DNA of 34,262 nt, taken from the NCBI GenBank assembly GCA_038893835.1, contig JAWAQR010000013.1:1-34262 (forward strand), written 5' to 3'. Made by a program: the position numbers and the translations under genes. A model generated the notes under the pieces. The model saw nothing but the letters and a program-made list of their open reading frames with translations. It ran no database searches and had not been told where the DNA came from. Origin of the DNA: Archaeoglobaceae archaeon. GTDB lineage: Archaea > Halobacteriota > Archaeoglobi > Archaeoglobales > Archaeoglobaceae. Of the stretch, positions 18,346-27,940 are shown one piece after another (position 1 is the first letter of the stretch; every line of letters starts with the position of its first letter).

Positions 18346-18376
18346 TCACAATTTTTTAACCTTCACAATTTTTTAA
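18346..18376. repeat. Tandem direct repeat TCACAATTTTTTAA x2
   Basis: Copies at 18346-18359 and 18363-18376, 17-nt period. Confidence 0.6.
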
Positions 18377-18432
18377 AAAGTGAGTAAAAGATCTCCCTGG
18401 AAAAGTTTAAAAAAAGACTTTTCGTTAAAAAT

Positions 18433-19854
18433 TCACTTTTTTATAACCGGAAAAGTTCTAAGCCAATTTATGTCCGGCAAATAAAGTTTTCTTAGGTCCT
18501 TCAGCCCCATTTTGAGCATTGCAAGTCTTCCAATTCCAAGTCCCCATGCAAGGACTTTTCCCTTTATGCCAAGTGGTTCTGTAACTTCTTTTCTGAAAAT
18601 TCCTGCCCCTCCAAGTTCTACCCAGCCAAGATCTTCGACGTAAACTTCAGGTTCTACACTCGGCTCCGTGTATGGGAAATAGCCTGGTCTAAATCGAACG
18701 TTTTCAAATCCCATCTTTGTGAAAAAAGTTTTGAGCAGACCTAAGAGATGCTTAAAACCAACTTCTTTATCTAGAACAACTCCCTCAAGTTGGTCGAATT
18801 CTGGTAAATGTGTTGCATCGATACTCTCTCTTCTATACACTCTATCTATACAAAAGGCCTTTTGTGGCGGATCAGGATTTTTTGCCAAATATTTAATTGT
18901 TATAGCAGTTGTATGGGTCCTCATAACAAGTTGTTTGGCCTTTTCTAAACTCCATTCCCCTCCCCACCCTGTTGAACCCGTGATCCAGCCATTTTCATGT
19001 GTCTCCTTTACTCTCTCAACACCATCAAAATCTATCTCCTCGTAACGATTTAGATAGAAAGTATCCTGCATATCCCTTGCTGGATGATCCTGTGGCTGGA
19101 AGAGAGCATCGAAATTCCAGAAAGCAAGCTGGACGTAATTTCCCTTTATTTCTTTGAAACCCATGTCTAGAAAGATTTTTCTACACTCCTGAATTATTCT
19201 CTCATATGGATGGCTTTTTCCACCATAAATTTCAGTCGAAGGAACTTGGATGTCGTATTTTGCAAACTCCTTCCCTTTCCATGTACCGCTTATTATCAAA
19301 TCTTTTGTTAGATCACCTATAATTTCCTTCAATTCGAATTCCGGTTTTTTCTTTATCCTAAAATTCAGCGCTTTTTCTTCCACAACTTCAATTAACTTTC
19401 TCCTTTCCAGAACTTTTTCAATTTCTTCATTTATTTCCATTCCTCTATCAACGGAAATTAACGCATCCTTTTCTTCCAAAAAAACTCTTCCAAGCAACTT
19501 TAATTTACCATTCGATATCTCTAGCAACCCCTTCTTTTTTAACCAGCCAACAGCTATTTCAAACTCTTTTCCCAACTTTTTTCTCAGCTCATTTATTTCG
19601 TTTGTTTCCGAAAGAATTCTGATTAGTTTTTCCTCAGGAAATCCTTCTAAAAGATATCTTTTTCCTTCTGGGGTCACTTTTAACCTCTTTTTCTTTCTTT
19701 CAAATACCTCTGCAAATCCCTTTTCCTTTAGCAAAAAGATAGCCTTCATAACGGCATCTCTGTTCATTCCTTTAGCCTTTGAAAACTCGTCTAAGTCATA
19801 GATGACTCCAACTTCAGCGTTTCTAAGCACTTCCATCTCGATCCTCGAAAGCAT
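18433..19854 (-). CDS. pheS: Phenylalanine--tRNA ligase alpha subunit (archaeal long form)
   Basis: WNFDALFQPQDHPARDMQDTFY, RTHTT, THLPEFDQLEG, YFPYTEPS, WGLGIGRL; start 19854 or 19869. Confidence 0.97.
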   Translation of the reverse strand: MLSRIEMEVLRNAEVGVIYDLDEFSKAKGMNRDAVMKAIFLLKEKGFAEVFERKKKRLKVTPEGKRYLLEGFPEEKLIRILSETNEINELRKKLGKEFEIAVGWLKKKGLLEISNGKLKLLGRVFLEEKDALISVDRGMEINEEIEKVLERRKLIEVVEEKALNFRIKKKPEFELKEIIGDLTKDLIISGTWKGKEFAKYDIQVPSTEIYGGKSHPYERIIQECRKIFLDMGFKEIKGNYVQLAFWNFDALFQPQDHPARDMQDTFYLNRYEEIDFDGVERVKETHENGWITGSTGWGGEWSLEKAKQLVMRTHTTAITIKYLAKNPDPPQKAFCIDRVYRRESIDATHLPEFDQLEGVVLDKEVGFKHLLGLLKTFFTKMGFENVRFRPGYFPYTEPSVEPEVYVEDLGWVELGGAGIFRKEVTEPLGIKGKVLAWGLGIGRLAMLKMGLKDLRKLYLPDINWLRTFPVIKK

Positions 19855-19903
19855 GATTGCACTTTGCAAAACTTTTAAAAAAATTTTTACTTAAGGTGAT
19901 GAT

Positions 19904-20840
19904 ATGGAAAGTGCTGTTGAACTGATTGAAAAGCTTCGTGGTGGAGAGATAAGAGCAGAAGAGCTCGTTGAAATTTGCTTTGAGAGAATAAAGGAACTAA
20001 ATCCGAAGATAAATGCATTTGTAACACTAAATCCAAATGCTATTAAAGAGGCGAAAGAAGTGAAGGGAAAGCCTTTAGCTGGACTTCCCGTCGCTGTTAA
20101 AGACAATACAGATACGAGGGGGTTAAGAACGACTTACGGTTCAAGATTGAAGCTGCTGCAGTTGCGGCTGAAATGGTTCCAGTTGCAACTGCGAATGATG
20201 GAGGAGGAAGTATAAGAATACCTGCTAGTTTTTGTTCGCTTTACGGATTTAAACAAACTTTTGGGGCATTCATTCTTTACCAGACGATGGATTCAGTTAT
20301 CTGAAAGGAATTTGAAGAAGTTGTCAGAAGGACTGCCTTTAAACTTGAAAGGTTTGGAGAGGTTGAGGAAGTTAAATTGAAGGTTCCATGTCTGGAAAGA
20401 GAGCTAACTATTAAGGTTGTTTTGGAATTCACTTCTTTCATCTCGGATAAACTTAAAGAGTGGAAAAAAGTCACATATCTTCCTTATCTTGGATTTCTAC
20501 CGCTTTCAGAGATGTTAAGTTATAGGGATTACATAAGGATAGAGGAAAGGAGATTAGAACTTTGGAGGGCTTTAAGGAAAGTCTTCGAGAAATACGATTT
20601 CCTAATAACTCCTACCACGGCTGTAAAGCCATTTGAGATAGGAAAAATAAGCCCTGAAGAAATCGATTAACTTCACTGGACAGCTATCTGCTTCAATTCC
20701 CCGCTGGTTTCAGCAGAGATGGTCTGCCAATTGGGATGCAGATAACTGGTAGAAAATACGAGGATCTAAACGTGCTCAGAATTTCCAAGACTTTTCAAGA
20801 AGTCTCCCCTTGGCAAAAAATGAAACCAAAGATCAAATGA
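19904..20840 (+). pseudogene. Amidase-signature family pseudogene
   Basis: RBS AGGTGA, then fragments in shifting frames: [17 protein letters not shown] / [23 protein letters not shown] / YDFLITPTT / [27 protein letters not shown]. The GKTN..GGSSGG segment is deleted. Confidence 0.92.
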
Positions 20841-21954
20841 TGAGTCTCAAAATTGGATATATTATTTTGATCTTCCAAGGAATCTCACAGTGCAGGATTT
20901 TTTCCAAATCTTTTGCACTTGCGAATTTCATCAGTTTTAAAAATATTTCCTCTCTTTCAGCTAAAAGATCCCAGAGTTTTCTGAAGAAATAAGAAGTCAA
21001 AAGACGACTCCTCAAATATCTCTTCCAAAGCTCATCGTACTCTTCCAACCTACCGTTCTCTAATAAATATCTGCTCACGACCTTTCCGGCTAGATCTCCT
21101 GCTATCATCGATATTGGAATCCCACCTCCAGTATGGCTTATTATCATGCTCGCAGAATCTCCTGCAAAGACGACTTTATCATAAACGGCTTTCTCAAAAG
21201 GCTTATCAATGGGAACGATTGCCCCAACTTTGCTGACAACTTCTGCCCTCCTCAAAAACTTTGAGGAATGTGGATATTCCTTTACAAACCTATCAAGGAC
21301 TCTATGCACACTCTCACTCGAGAATTTTGCCCTGAATCCAACGCCAACGTTTGCAATTCCATTTCCCTTTGGTATTATCCAAGCATATGCTCCGGGACTG
21401 ATTTTTTTTCCAAGGAACATGTAAACTGTTTTTTCATCGCATTCAACATTTCTCATCACATACTGCTTCGCGGAGGAAATCTCATAGTTCCATATACCGA
21501 GAGATTTTGCAATTCTCGAATTTGCACCATCGCTCGCTATTATAACTTTTGAAACTCTCTCCCCTCTGTTCGTAATTAGCTTTCCATTTCGGTAATCTAG
21601 TATAACTTCTCTCTCTATCCTATGCCCCGATTCTTTGGCAATCGTTTGGATCATTTCATCCCTTCTCACAACGTGAAATTCAAATTCTATTTCGTAGCTT
21701 TTTCCATTTGGAAGGTTAAAGGAAATGATATTGGTCCTGTTGCTTTCAAATCTCTTTGGTATTTCGAATAGATCGTAATCGTAGAGGTTTGGAAGAAGTC
21801 TTTTCATTTCCTTCCTACTAGGAACGATTTCTCCACATTTAACAGGGTATCCCAACTTTTCCCTCTTATCTATACCCAGAACTTCTAGAGATCTGGACAA
21901 ACTTCTCAGCGCGAAAACACCTGCAATTCCAAGTCCTGCAACGATTACGTCCAC
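20833..21954 (-). CDS. Geranylgeranyl reductase-family FAD oxidoreductase (DGGGPL reductase-like)
   Basis: [40 protein letters not shown]. Confidence 0.88.
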   Translation of the reverse strand: MDVIVAGLGIAGVFALRSLSRSLEVLGIDKREKLGYPVKCGEIVPSRKEMKRLLPNLYDYDLFEIPKRFESNRTNIISFNLPNGKSYEIEFEFHVVRRDEMIQTIAKESGHRIEREVILDYRNGKLITNRGERVSKVIIASDGANSRIAKSLGIWNYEISSAKQYVMRNVECDEKTVYMFLGKKISPGAYAWIIPKGNGIANVGVGFRAKFSSESVHRVLDRFVKEYPHSSKFLRRAEVVSKVGAIVPIDKPFEKAVYDKVVFAGDSASMIISHTGGGIPISMIAGDLAGKVVSRYLLENGRLEEYDELWKRYLRSRLLTSYFFRKLWDLLAEREEIFLKLMKFASAKDLEKILHCEIPWKIKIIYPILRLII

Positions 21955-21975
21955 GCTAGAAATCGTATTTAGATT

Positions 21976-22305
21976 TTAAATTTTCTGGAATTCAGTGTAG
22001 TATGCATTTATCTCATCGTAGCACTTCAAAAGCTTTGCAACTTCTACCGCTATTATATGTGCGCAGGGCATTCTGCCTTTTAAGTTTATTTGAAAATCTG
22101 GACAAGTGCAAAAGAACTCTTCAACCAGATACTCGTTCCTTCCGACGACGATGAAGAAGTCCAAATATCTCTTAACTCTATGCTGCTGGAGATAAAAGAA
22201 GGCTTTCTCACCCCTTTTACCATAGTTTAAGAAAAGAGCTTTGTATAGCTCGTAACCCAATCCCTTCTTTGCCGCCTCGATGACTTCATCATTCAGAATC
22301 TTCAT
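21976..22305 (-). CDS. SWIM zinc-finger protein, Shu2/SWS1-like
   Basis: CTCPDF-x9-CAHIIA SWIM motif in a stand-alone 109-aa protein. Confidence 0.85.
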   Translation of the reverse strand: MKILNDEVIEAAKKGLGYELYKALFLNYGKRGEKAFFYLQQHRVKRYLDFFIVVGRNEYLVEEFFCTCPDFQINLKGRMPCAHIIAVEVAKLLKCYDEINAYYTEFQKI

Positions 22306-22861
22306 CAGTTTCTTGGGGAGAATCTATTTTGGATAATTCCACAATCATCGAAATCGCATCAATCCCATCGAGCCAATTGAGCACGATTCCATCCTCAGGC
22401 GGATTGAAGTCTGGCAATTTTTCTCCTTTGATTACCTTTGCACCTATTCTTGCAACCGTGTCAAAAGCTAAGTCTAGCTTACCCCTTTTCTCATTCTCTA
22501 TCGCATCTTGTATTAGCTCTTTAATGCTTTTCTTACTCAACTTTCCTTCCAAATAATACTCAAATGAGGCGAGAACAGCTTTGATAGATTCCAGTGTCAG
22601 GAAAAACACGTCTTCTTTTATATCAGAATTAAACTTATAATCTTTATTAAAAATATTTTTTATCTTTTCTATCTCTTTCAAAGCCTCCGCTTTTCTTATC
22701 TCTCTATCCTTTACCGCATTTACGATGTTGAAGCAGGCGATTATGACGTCTTCAAGCATTTGGTCGAAGACGATCAAAGTGGTTGGATCATCTTCACTAA
22801 CTTTGCTCTCGTTTATCTTGTTGATCCAGTTCTGGAGTCTTGTCTCGCTATAAAATTCCAT
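22289..22861 (-). CDS. DUF2150-family protein
   Basis: FYSETRLQNWI N-terminus, GAKVIKG and WLDGIDAI motifs, acidic tail. Confidence 0.8.
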   Translation of the reverse strand: MEFYSETRLQNWINKINESKVSEDDPTTLIVFDQMLEDVIIACFNIVNAVKDREIRKAEALKEIEKIKNIFNKDYKFNSDIKEDVFFLTLESIKAVLASFEYYLEGKLSKKSIKELIQDAIENEKRGKLDLAFDTVARIGAKVIKGEKLPDFNPPEDGIVLNWLDGIDAISMIVELSKIDSPQETDEDSE

Positions 22862-22911
22862 AAGTCTAACTCAAAAACAAAAATATAGGTAAGTATTTAA
22901 GTATTTCCAAT

Positions 22912-23880
22912 CTACTTCGCATCCTCGATTCCCTTTTCAGTCACCCTGAAAACAACCTCGCCTTCAGGCAAATGTGGGGAGTCGACAAGTCTGGCAATTC
23001 TAAGATCCCCTTTACTCTTTTTTAAATAAATTCTGTAAGTAGCCGTGTGAGCAACTATATGCCCTCCAACAGGTTTTGTTGGATCCCCAAACATTATATC
23101 TGGTCTAGCCATTACTTGGTTTGTAACGACGATGGCAGCGTTGAAAAGTTCTCCGAACTTCATTAGATCATGCATATGTCTGTTCAATTTTTGCTGTCTG
23201 TCTGCCAAAGTACCCCTGCCAACGTATTCGGCACGGAAATGAGAAGTTAGAGAATCTACGATGAGGAGTCTTACATGCTTTCCTTCTTTTCTCAGCTTCT
23301 CCGCAAGCTCTCTAGCATTGTCCACAAGAAGCATCTGATGGTTGGAGTTGTAAGCTTGGGCCACGTAAATGTTTTTGAGAACTTCATTTGGATCGAGATT
23401 TTTCGCTATGGCCATCTGTATTATTCTCTCAGGTCTAAAAGTGTTCTCAGTGTCTATCACTATAGCACAGCCGCCTAAACCTCCTTTATCTTCAGGTAAC
23501 TGAACATTCACAGCCAGTTGATGACAGAGTTGAGTTTTTCCACTTCCAAATTCGCCAAACAACTCTGTAATAGCCTGCGTTTCAACTCCGCCTCCTAAAA
23601 GATTATCTAGTTCTTTACTTCCAGTACTTATCTTTTTTACATTCCTTCTCCTTTCAAGAACCTTATCCCCACTTTCAAAACCGCCAATGCTCGCCATTTT
23701 CCTTGCATGCTGTATGATCTTCATAGCACTGGATTCTCCAATTCCAGCAATGGATGAGATTTCGGCTGGAGATGCAATTGCTATTGCTTCAATTGTTGTA
23801 AATCCAGCCTCTCTTAGCTTTCTAGCAGTTTCCGGACCAACTCCGGGAATATCTTCGAGGTCTAGCACTTCATCTTTCAT
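22912..23880 (-). CDS. radA: DNA repair and recombination protein RadA
   Basis: HhH N-domain IPGVGP, FxxA-like [35 protein letters not shown]; no intein. Confidence 0.98.
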   Translation of the reverse strand: MKDEVLDLEDIPGVGPETARKLREAGFTTIEAIAIASPAEISSIAGIGESSAMKIIQHARKMASIGGFESGDKVLERRRNVKKISTGSKELDNLLGGGVETQAITELFGEFGSGKTQLCHQLAVNVQLPEDKGGLGGCAIVIDTENTFRPERIIQMAIAKNLDPNEVLKNIYVAQAYNSNHQMLLVDNARELAEKLRKEGKHVRLLIVDSLTSHFRAEYVGRGTLADRQQKLNRHMHDLMKFGELFNAAIVVTNQVMARPDIMFGDPTKPVGGHIVAHTATYRIYLKKSKGDLRIARLVDSPHLPEGEVVFRVTEKGIEDAK

Positions 23881-23903
23881 GTCAACACATCTCTATATAA
23901 GAA

Positions 23904-24893
23904 TTAAACTTTTTGCTTCGCCAGTTTACCTTCGAGTGACTCTCTTACAGACTTGTTCAATGCAATCTCCCCAATCGACTTCATATGTCTACAAATACTG
24001 AGAAGAGCTTCAAGGCTCAGATGATATTGTGAACTTGTCTCAATTTTTTCGATCATCTTTTTCTCTATCTCTTCAAGCAACTGGATCGAATCTTCAGACA
24101 TTTCCAGATTCGACTCAAAATAGGCCTTGGAGACCATATCAAAGGCGAAGTTTAGCTCTATCAGAAAAGTCTTTAGAACTTCGAGCTCTTCTTTCTTCTC
24201 CAATTTCGACACGTAAACTGCAAAGTTTTCAAGATTGTCGATTATTTCCTCAATTAGCTTTGCCACAGTCCTTATTCCAAGGATAAGTCGAAGCTCATTC
24301 CACTTCGCTGGACTGGAAAATTCTCTCACAAGCCTATGCTCCTGTCTTACGGCTAGTAAATAAAGTCGGTCAGTATCGTCTTCCAAGTTCTTTAAATCTG
24401 AAAGTTGAGTAAGATCGGATTTGTTTATGGCTTCTATTATGTTCTCTATCATCGTTTGCACTATCTGGCTCATTCTCCTTACAACTCCATACACGTCAAA
24501 GTCCGTTACAGTCAGGCATCTTAGAACGACTTTATCTCTAGCATCGACTATTTCAACTCCTATGAGCGTTTTTACAATCTCACTTATTTTTGCTATAAGT
24601 CTGGGGGTTATGTTTTTGTCCGTTATAACGATCTCGTCAACTCCCTGTATGTAAAGTGCATATAGAAATCTTCTGAGAAATCTTTCATCATATCTCTTGA
24701 AGTTTGAAATCTCAACTTTTGATATTTTTATATCCTCCTTAAATCCCTTCGGATACAGAGTTATCACACTATCTTCCACTTCTAAGATTATCTCATCACC
24801 CTGTTTTAACTTGTTCGCCCTCACCCAATCCTTTGGGAGGCTAACCATGTAGCTTGAACCCCCTATAAGCTGAAGTCTTCTCGTTTCCATCAT
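23904..24893 (-). CDS. PhoU-family regulator with N-terminal AbrB/SpoVT DNA-binding domain
   Basis: RRLQLIGGSSYMVSLPKDW AbrB motif; two helical PhoU repeats (EDDTDRLYLL). Confidence 0.88.
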   Translation of the reverse strand: MMETRRLQLIGGSSYMVSLPKDWVRANKLKQGDEIILEVEDSVITLYPKGFKEDIKISKVEISNFKRYDERFLRRFLYALYIQGVDEIVITDKNITPRLIAKISEIVKTLIGVEIVDARDKVVLRCLTVTDFDVYGVVRRMSQIVQTMIENIIEAINKSDLTQLSDLKNLEDDTDRLYLLAVRQEHRLVREFSSPAKWNELRLILGIRTVAKLIEEIIDNLENFAVYVSKLEKKEELEVLKTFLIELNFAFDMVSKAYFESNLEMSEDSIQLLEEIEKKMIEKIETSSQYHLSLEALLSICRHMKSIGEIALNKSVRESLEGKLAKQKV

Positions 24894-25013
24894 ACAAAGA
24901 AATCTATATGAAGTAAAAATAACTTTCGATTGTGGATCAAGGAATACAAAAAAATTCTTAATTCTACGATTGTTTTCGGCGAAGTTTTTTTAATTGGGAG
25001 AAGATTGGAATCT

Positions 25014-25991
25014 GTGATCGTAACGTATTCAAAAAATGTCTTTCTACCTTTAACGAGAAATTGTAGAAATAAATGTTGGTATTGTGGATTTAGAAGTGAT
25101 GAGATTTATCTTATGAAAAAAGATGAAGTTGAGAAACTTTTGTCGATGGCAAAAAATGCAAAAGAGGCTCTTTTTACATTTGGAGAAAAACCCGAAGTTT
25201 ATCCGGAAGTAAGAGAAATGCTTAAAGCCTGGGGTTACGATACATTCTTGGACTATGTCGTGGAAATGAACAGGCTCGCAATAAAACATAAACTTCTTCC
25301 ACATACAAATGCCGGAGTTTTGAGTAGAGAGGAATTGAAGAAATTGAAACCTTTTAATGCAAGCTTGGGTCTTATGCTCGAGCAGGCCGTAGAACTCGAA
25401 TGCCATTCTGAAAGTCCAGGAAAAAAGCCTGAGAGAAGGATAAGGACAATTAAAGATGCTGGAAAGCTTCAAATTCCATTTACGACAGGTATACTCATCG
25501 GTATTGGGGAAAGGGAATATGATAGAGTGTACTCGCTTGAAGTGATTGCTGAAATACATGAGCAATATGGACATATTCAGGAAGTTATAATCCAGAACTT
25601 TAAACCAAAAAAGGGTACAAAGATGGAAAACTGGAAAGAACCGACAATGGATGAAATGCTCAGAATCGTTAAGATTGCGAGGAAAATTTTACCCAAAGAT
25701 GTAGCAATTCAAGTGCCGCCAAATCTCGTTGCAGATGTTTACCCATTCTTAAAAGCTGGAGCAAACGATCTCGGTGGAATTTCTGAAGTTACACCAGACT
25801 ACATAAACCCGGAAGCACCTTGGCCATCTTTGGAAGAGTTAAAGAGAAAATTGAGTGGTGAATTCACACTTAGGGAACGTCTGCCTGTCTATCCAAAATT
25901 CGTAAAGCTTAAATTGTTTGGGAGTGCTGTGAATGAGCTAATAGAGGTGTATTCTGATGAAAATGGATACGCTCGCTCTGGATCCATTTAA
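25014..25991 (+). CDS. cofG: FO synthase subunit 1 (radical SAM)
   Basis: VTYSKNVFLPLTRNCRNKCWYCGF, PHTNAG, GLMLE, QVPPNL, DYINPEAPWP; GTG 25014 (or TTG 25005) more plausible than 24930. Confidence 0.93.
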   Translation: MIVTYSKNVFLPLTRNCRNKCWYCGFRSDEIYLMKKDEVEKLLSMAKNAKEALFTFGEKPEVYPEVREMLKAWGYDTFLDYVVEMNRLAIKHKLLPHTNAGVLSREELKKLKPFNASLGLMLEQAVELECHSESPGKKPERRIRTIKDAGKLQIPFTTGILIGIGEREYDRVYSLEVIAEIHEQYGHIQEVIIQNFKPKKGTKMENWKEPTMDEMLRIVKIARKILPKDVAIQVPPNLVADVYPFLKAGANDLGGISEVTPDYINPEAPWPSLEELKRKLSGEFTLRERLPVYPKFVKLKLFGSAVNELIEVYSDENGYARSGSI

Positions 25992-26979
25992 GCTTGTGGC
26001 AAATCCTTACGAAACCTTTAAACTTGCAGATGAACTCAGAAAGAAGGTTGTTGGTGATATTGTAACCTTCGTCGTTAACAGAAATATAAATTTCACCGAC
26101 ATCTGCGTCAACGATTGCAAGTTCTGTGCTTTTAGAAACAGCAGAGGATTTAAACTGTCTATTGAGGAGATAAGGAAAAAGGTAGAGGAGGCTGTGGATT
26201 TTGGTTGTACGGAAGTCTGCATACAAGGAGGATTATTGCCAGATGCAAACGTGGATTTTTATGTATCGATCCTTGAAGCTGTTAGGGAAGTCTCGAAGAA
26301 GATTCACATTCATGCCTTTTCACCAATGGAAGTCTACCACATGGCAAGAAATAGTGGAATAACGACTTTGGAAGCTCTAAAAATTTTGAAAAGAGAAGGT
26401 CTAAATTCAATGCCCGGAACGGCTGCGGAGATCCTAAATGATTGTATTAGGAGTAAAATATGTCCAAAGAAGCTGAAGACAGATGAATGGGTTAGAATAA
26501 TAAAGGAGGCTCATAGCATTGGTATTCCAACAACGGCTACAATGATGTATGGACATGTGGAAAGCTGGAAGGAGAGGATAGAGCACATTCTTCTAATAAA
26601 GAAGATCCAGCAGGAGACTGGTGGATTTACGGAATTCATACCTCTTTCCTTCATGTGGAAGAACAACGAACTTGGTCAGAAAGTGAAGGGGGCGAGTGGA
26701 TTTGAGGATTTACTCGTTATAGCTATAGCGAGGGTTTTACTTTATCCAGAGATAAAGAACATCCAAGCTTCTTGGGTCAAATTGGGTATTAAATTAGCCC
26801 AGGCTGCCCTTGGATTTGGAGCAAACGATCTTGGTGGGACTTTGATTGAAGAAAATATATCCAAATCTGCTGGTGCAACTTCTGGAGAATTTTTGAGTCC
26901 AGAAGAGCTTAGAGAACTGATAATAAGGGCTGGAAGAATTCCAAAACAAAGGGATACTCTTTACAGGATATTGGACTAG
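25963..26979 (+). CDS. cofH: FO synthase subunit 2 (radical SAM)
   Basis: NRNINFTDICVNDCKFCAF, SMPGTAAEIL, NIQASWVKLG, GGTLIEENIS; overlaps cofG. Confidence 0.93.
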   Translation: MDTLALDPFKLVANPYETFKLADELRKKVVGDIVTFVVNRNINFTDICVNDCKFCAFRNSRGFKLSIEEIRKKVEEAVDFGCTEVCIQGGLLPDANVDFYVSILEAVREVSKKIHIHAFSPMEVYHMARNSGITTLEALKILKREGLNSMPGTAAEILNDCIRSKICPKKLKTDEWVRIIKEAHSIGIPTTATMMYGHVESWKERIEHILLIKKIQQETGGFTEFIPLSFMWKNNELGQKVKGASGFEDLLVIAIARVLLYPEIKNIQASWVKLGIKLAQAALGFGANDLGGTLIEENISKSAGATSGEFLSPEELRELIIRAGRIPKQRDTLYRILD

Positions 26980-27584
26980 ATTCTTTTGAAAAAAATCAAG
27001 ATGCAGAAAAAGAGGAGAGAGAAAATAAGAATAAAAACTAATAAAAAAGCTGTGAAACTCTTTAGCCAAGTTTTGAAATCTACAACTTCAAAACTTATTT
27101 TTTTAGAAATTTTTCCCTCCACGAATCTAACTTCAGCCAAATGTCTTCCCTTTTTTAAATTTGGAAATTCGAAGCAGAATTGACCTTTCACTTTATACTT
27201 ACCAACACATCTTTCGTCTAAAAAAAGGAGAATCGTTCCCTCAATCGGTTCAAATCTCTTGTTTATTCTCTTCCTCAATTCCCCTTTCAATTTTACCCGA
27301 TTTCTTAAACCGAAAATTCCTCCATGTGCTGCTAATGAAACTTTAAAACGCTCTTCTTTAACTCCTTTTTCTTTTTCCTTTATCGATAATAGGGACTTTT
27401 TGATGAGAATCCATCCAAGAAGAACTAGTGTCAAACCTGCATAAACGAAATTAAGGGCAATCGATGGTTTACCTATAGCTAAAAAGATTCCTGAAGCGAT
27501 GATCATATATCCCAGGGTTTTTATGATCACTCCAATTGCCAAACTTCGCCTTTTCCTAAATTCATCCGCAATATCGGTTCTCAT
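26976..27584 (-). CDS. Hypothetical basic membrane protein (2 N-terminal TM, beta-rich domain, C-terminal TM)
   Basis: Hydrophobicity pattern; fills the gap between cofH and tRNA-Tyr. Confidence 0.6.
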   Translation of the reverse strand: MRTDIADEFRKRRSLAIGVIIKTLGYMIIASGIFLAIGKPSIALNFVYAGLTLVLLGWILIKKSLLSIKEKEKGVKEERFKVSLAAHGGIFGLRNRVKLKGELRKRINKRFEPIEGTILLFLDERCVGKYKVKGQFCFEFPNLKKGRHLAEVRFVEGKISKKISFEVVDFKTWLKSFTAFLLVFILIFSLLFFCILIFFKRI

Positions 27585-27614
27585 AATTTTTTAAAAAAAA
27601 CATAAAAAATGAAG

Positions 27615-27711
27615 TCCCGCCTCCCGGATTTGAACCGGGGACACCGGGATCTCCGCTTGCGCGGAGGCGCAAACTACAGTCCCGCGCTCTCCCAGGCTGA
27701 GCTAAGGCGGG
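27615..27711 (-). tRNA. tRNA-Tyr(GTA) with a 23-nt intron at 37/38 (intron 27651-27673)
   Basis: C1:G72 acceptor CCCGCCT/AGGCGGG-A; CGGGA-CTGTAG[TTTGCGCCTCCGCGCAAGCGGAG]A-TCCCG; a bulge-helix-bulge can be drawn. Confidence 0.94.
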
Positions 27712-27789
27712 TTTAATTGTATTCTTACTTTTTGCTTAAAAACATTGCGGTTCAAATTGTGGGAGCGAGGTAGGGAGAAGTACTGCAAA

Positions 27790-27864
27790 TAGCGGGGCGT
27801 GGATTTGAACCACGGATCTGCGGGTTATGAGCCCGCCGGGATTACCTGACTACCCCACCCCGCT
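27790..27864 (-). tRNA. Initiator tRNA-Met(CAT)
   Basis: A1:U72 pair; anticodon arm GCGGG-CTCATAA-CCCGC with three G:C pairs next to the loop. Confidence 0.94.
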
Positions 27865-27940
27865 CTGTAACATCTTTCTCGTCTCGATATTTCAACTTTT
27901 CTCTCCACAAAAGATTTAAATTTCAGGATTAATTTGAGTT

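Larger units (their letters stand above)
17834..18432. other. 599-bp very AT-rich intergenic region
   Basis: No ORF of 60 aa or more; A/T-tract flanks around a more mixed core (about 18000-18200). Confidence 0.8.

Noticed and set aside
18346-18376. Tandem repeat as a CRISPR remnant
   Set aside because: Only two 14-nt units with a 3-nt gap; no spacers and no cas genes
18392-18406. TCTCCCTGGAAAAGT as an ORB element
   Set aside because: Single copy, several mismatches to TTCCAGTGGAAAC, no G-string
19904-20670. ORFs 19904-20215 and 20377-20670 as separate genes or a programmed frameshift
   Set aside because: Both are pieces of one amidase whose catalytic segment is physically deleted
27749-27757. 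GGTTCAAAT T-loop-like motif between tRNA-Tyr and tRNA-iMet
   Set aside because: No proper T stem or other tRNA arms; probably chance
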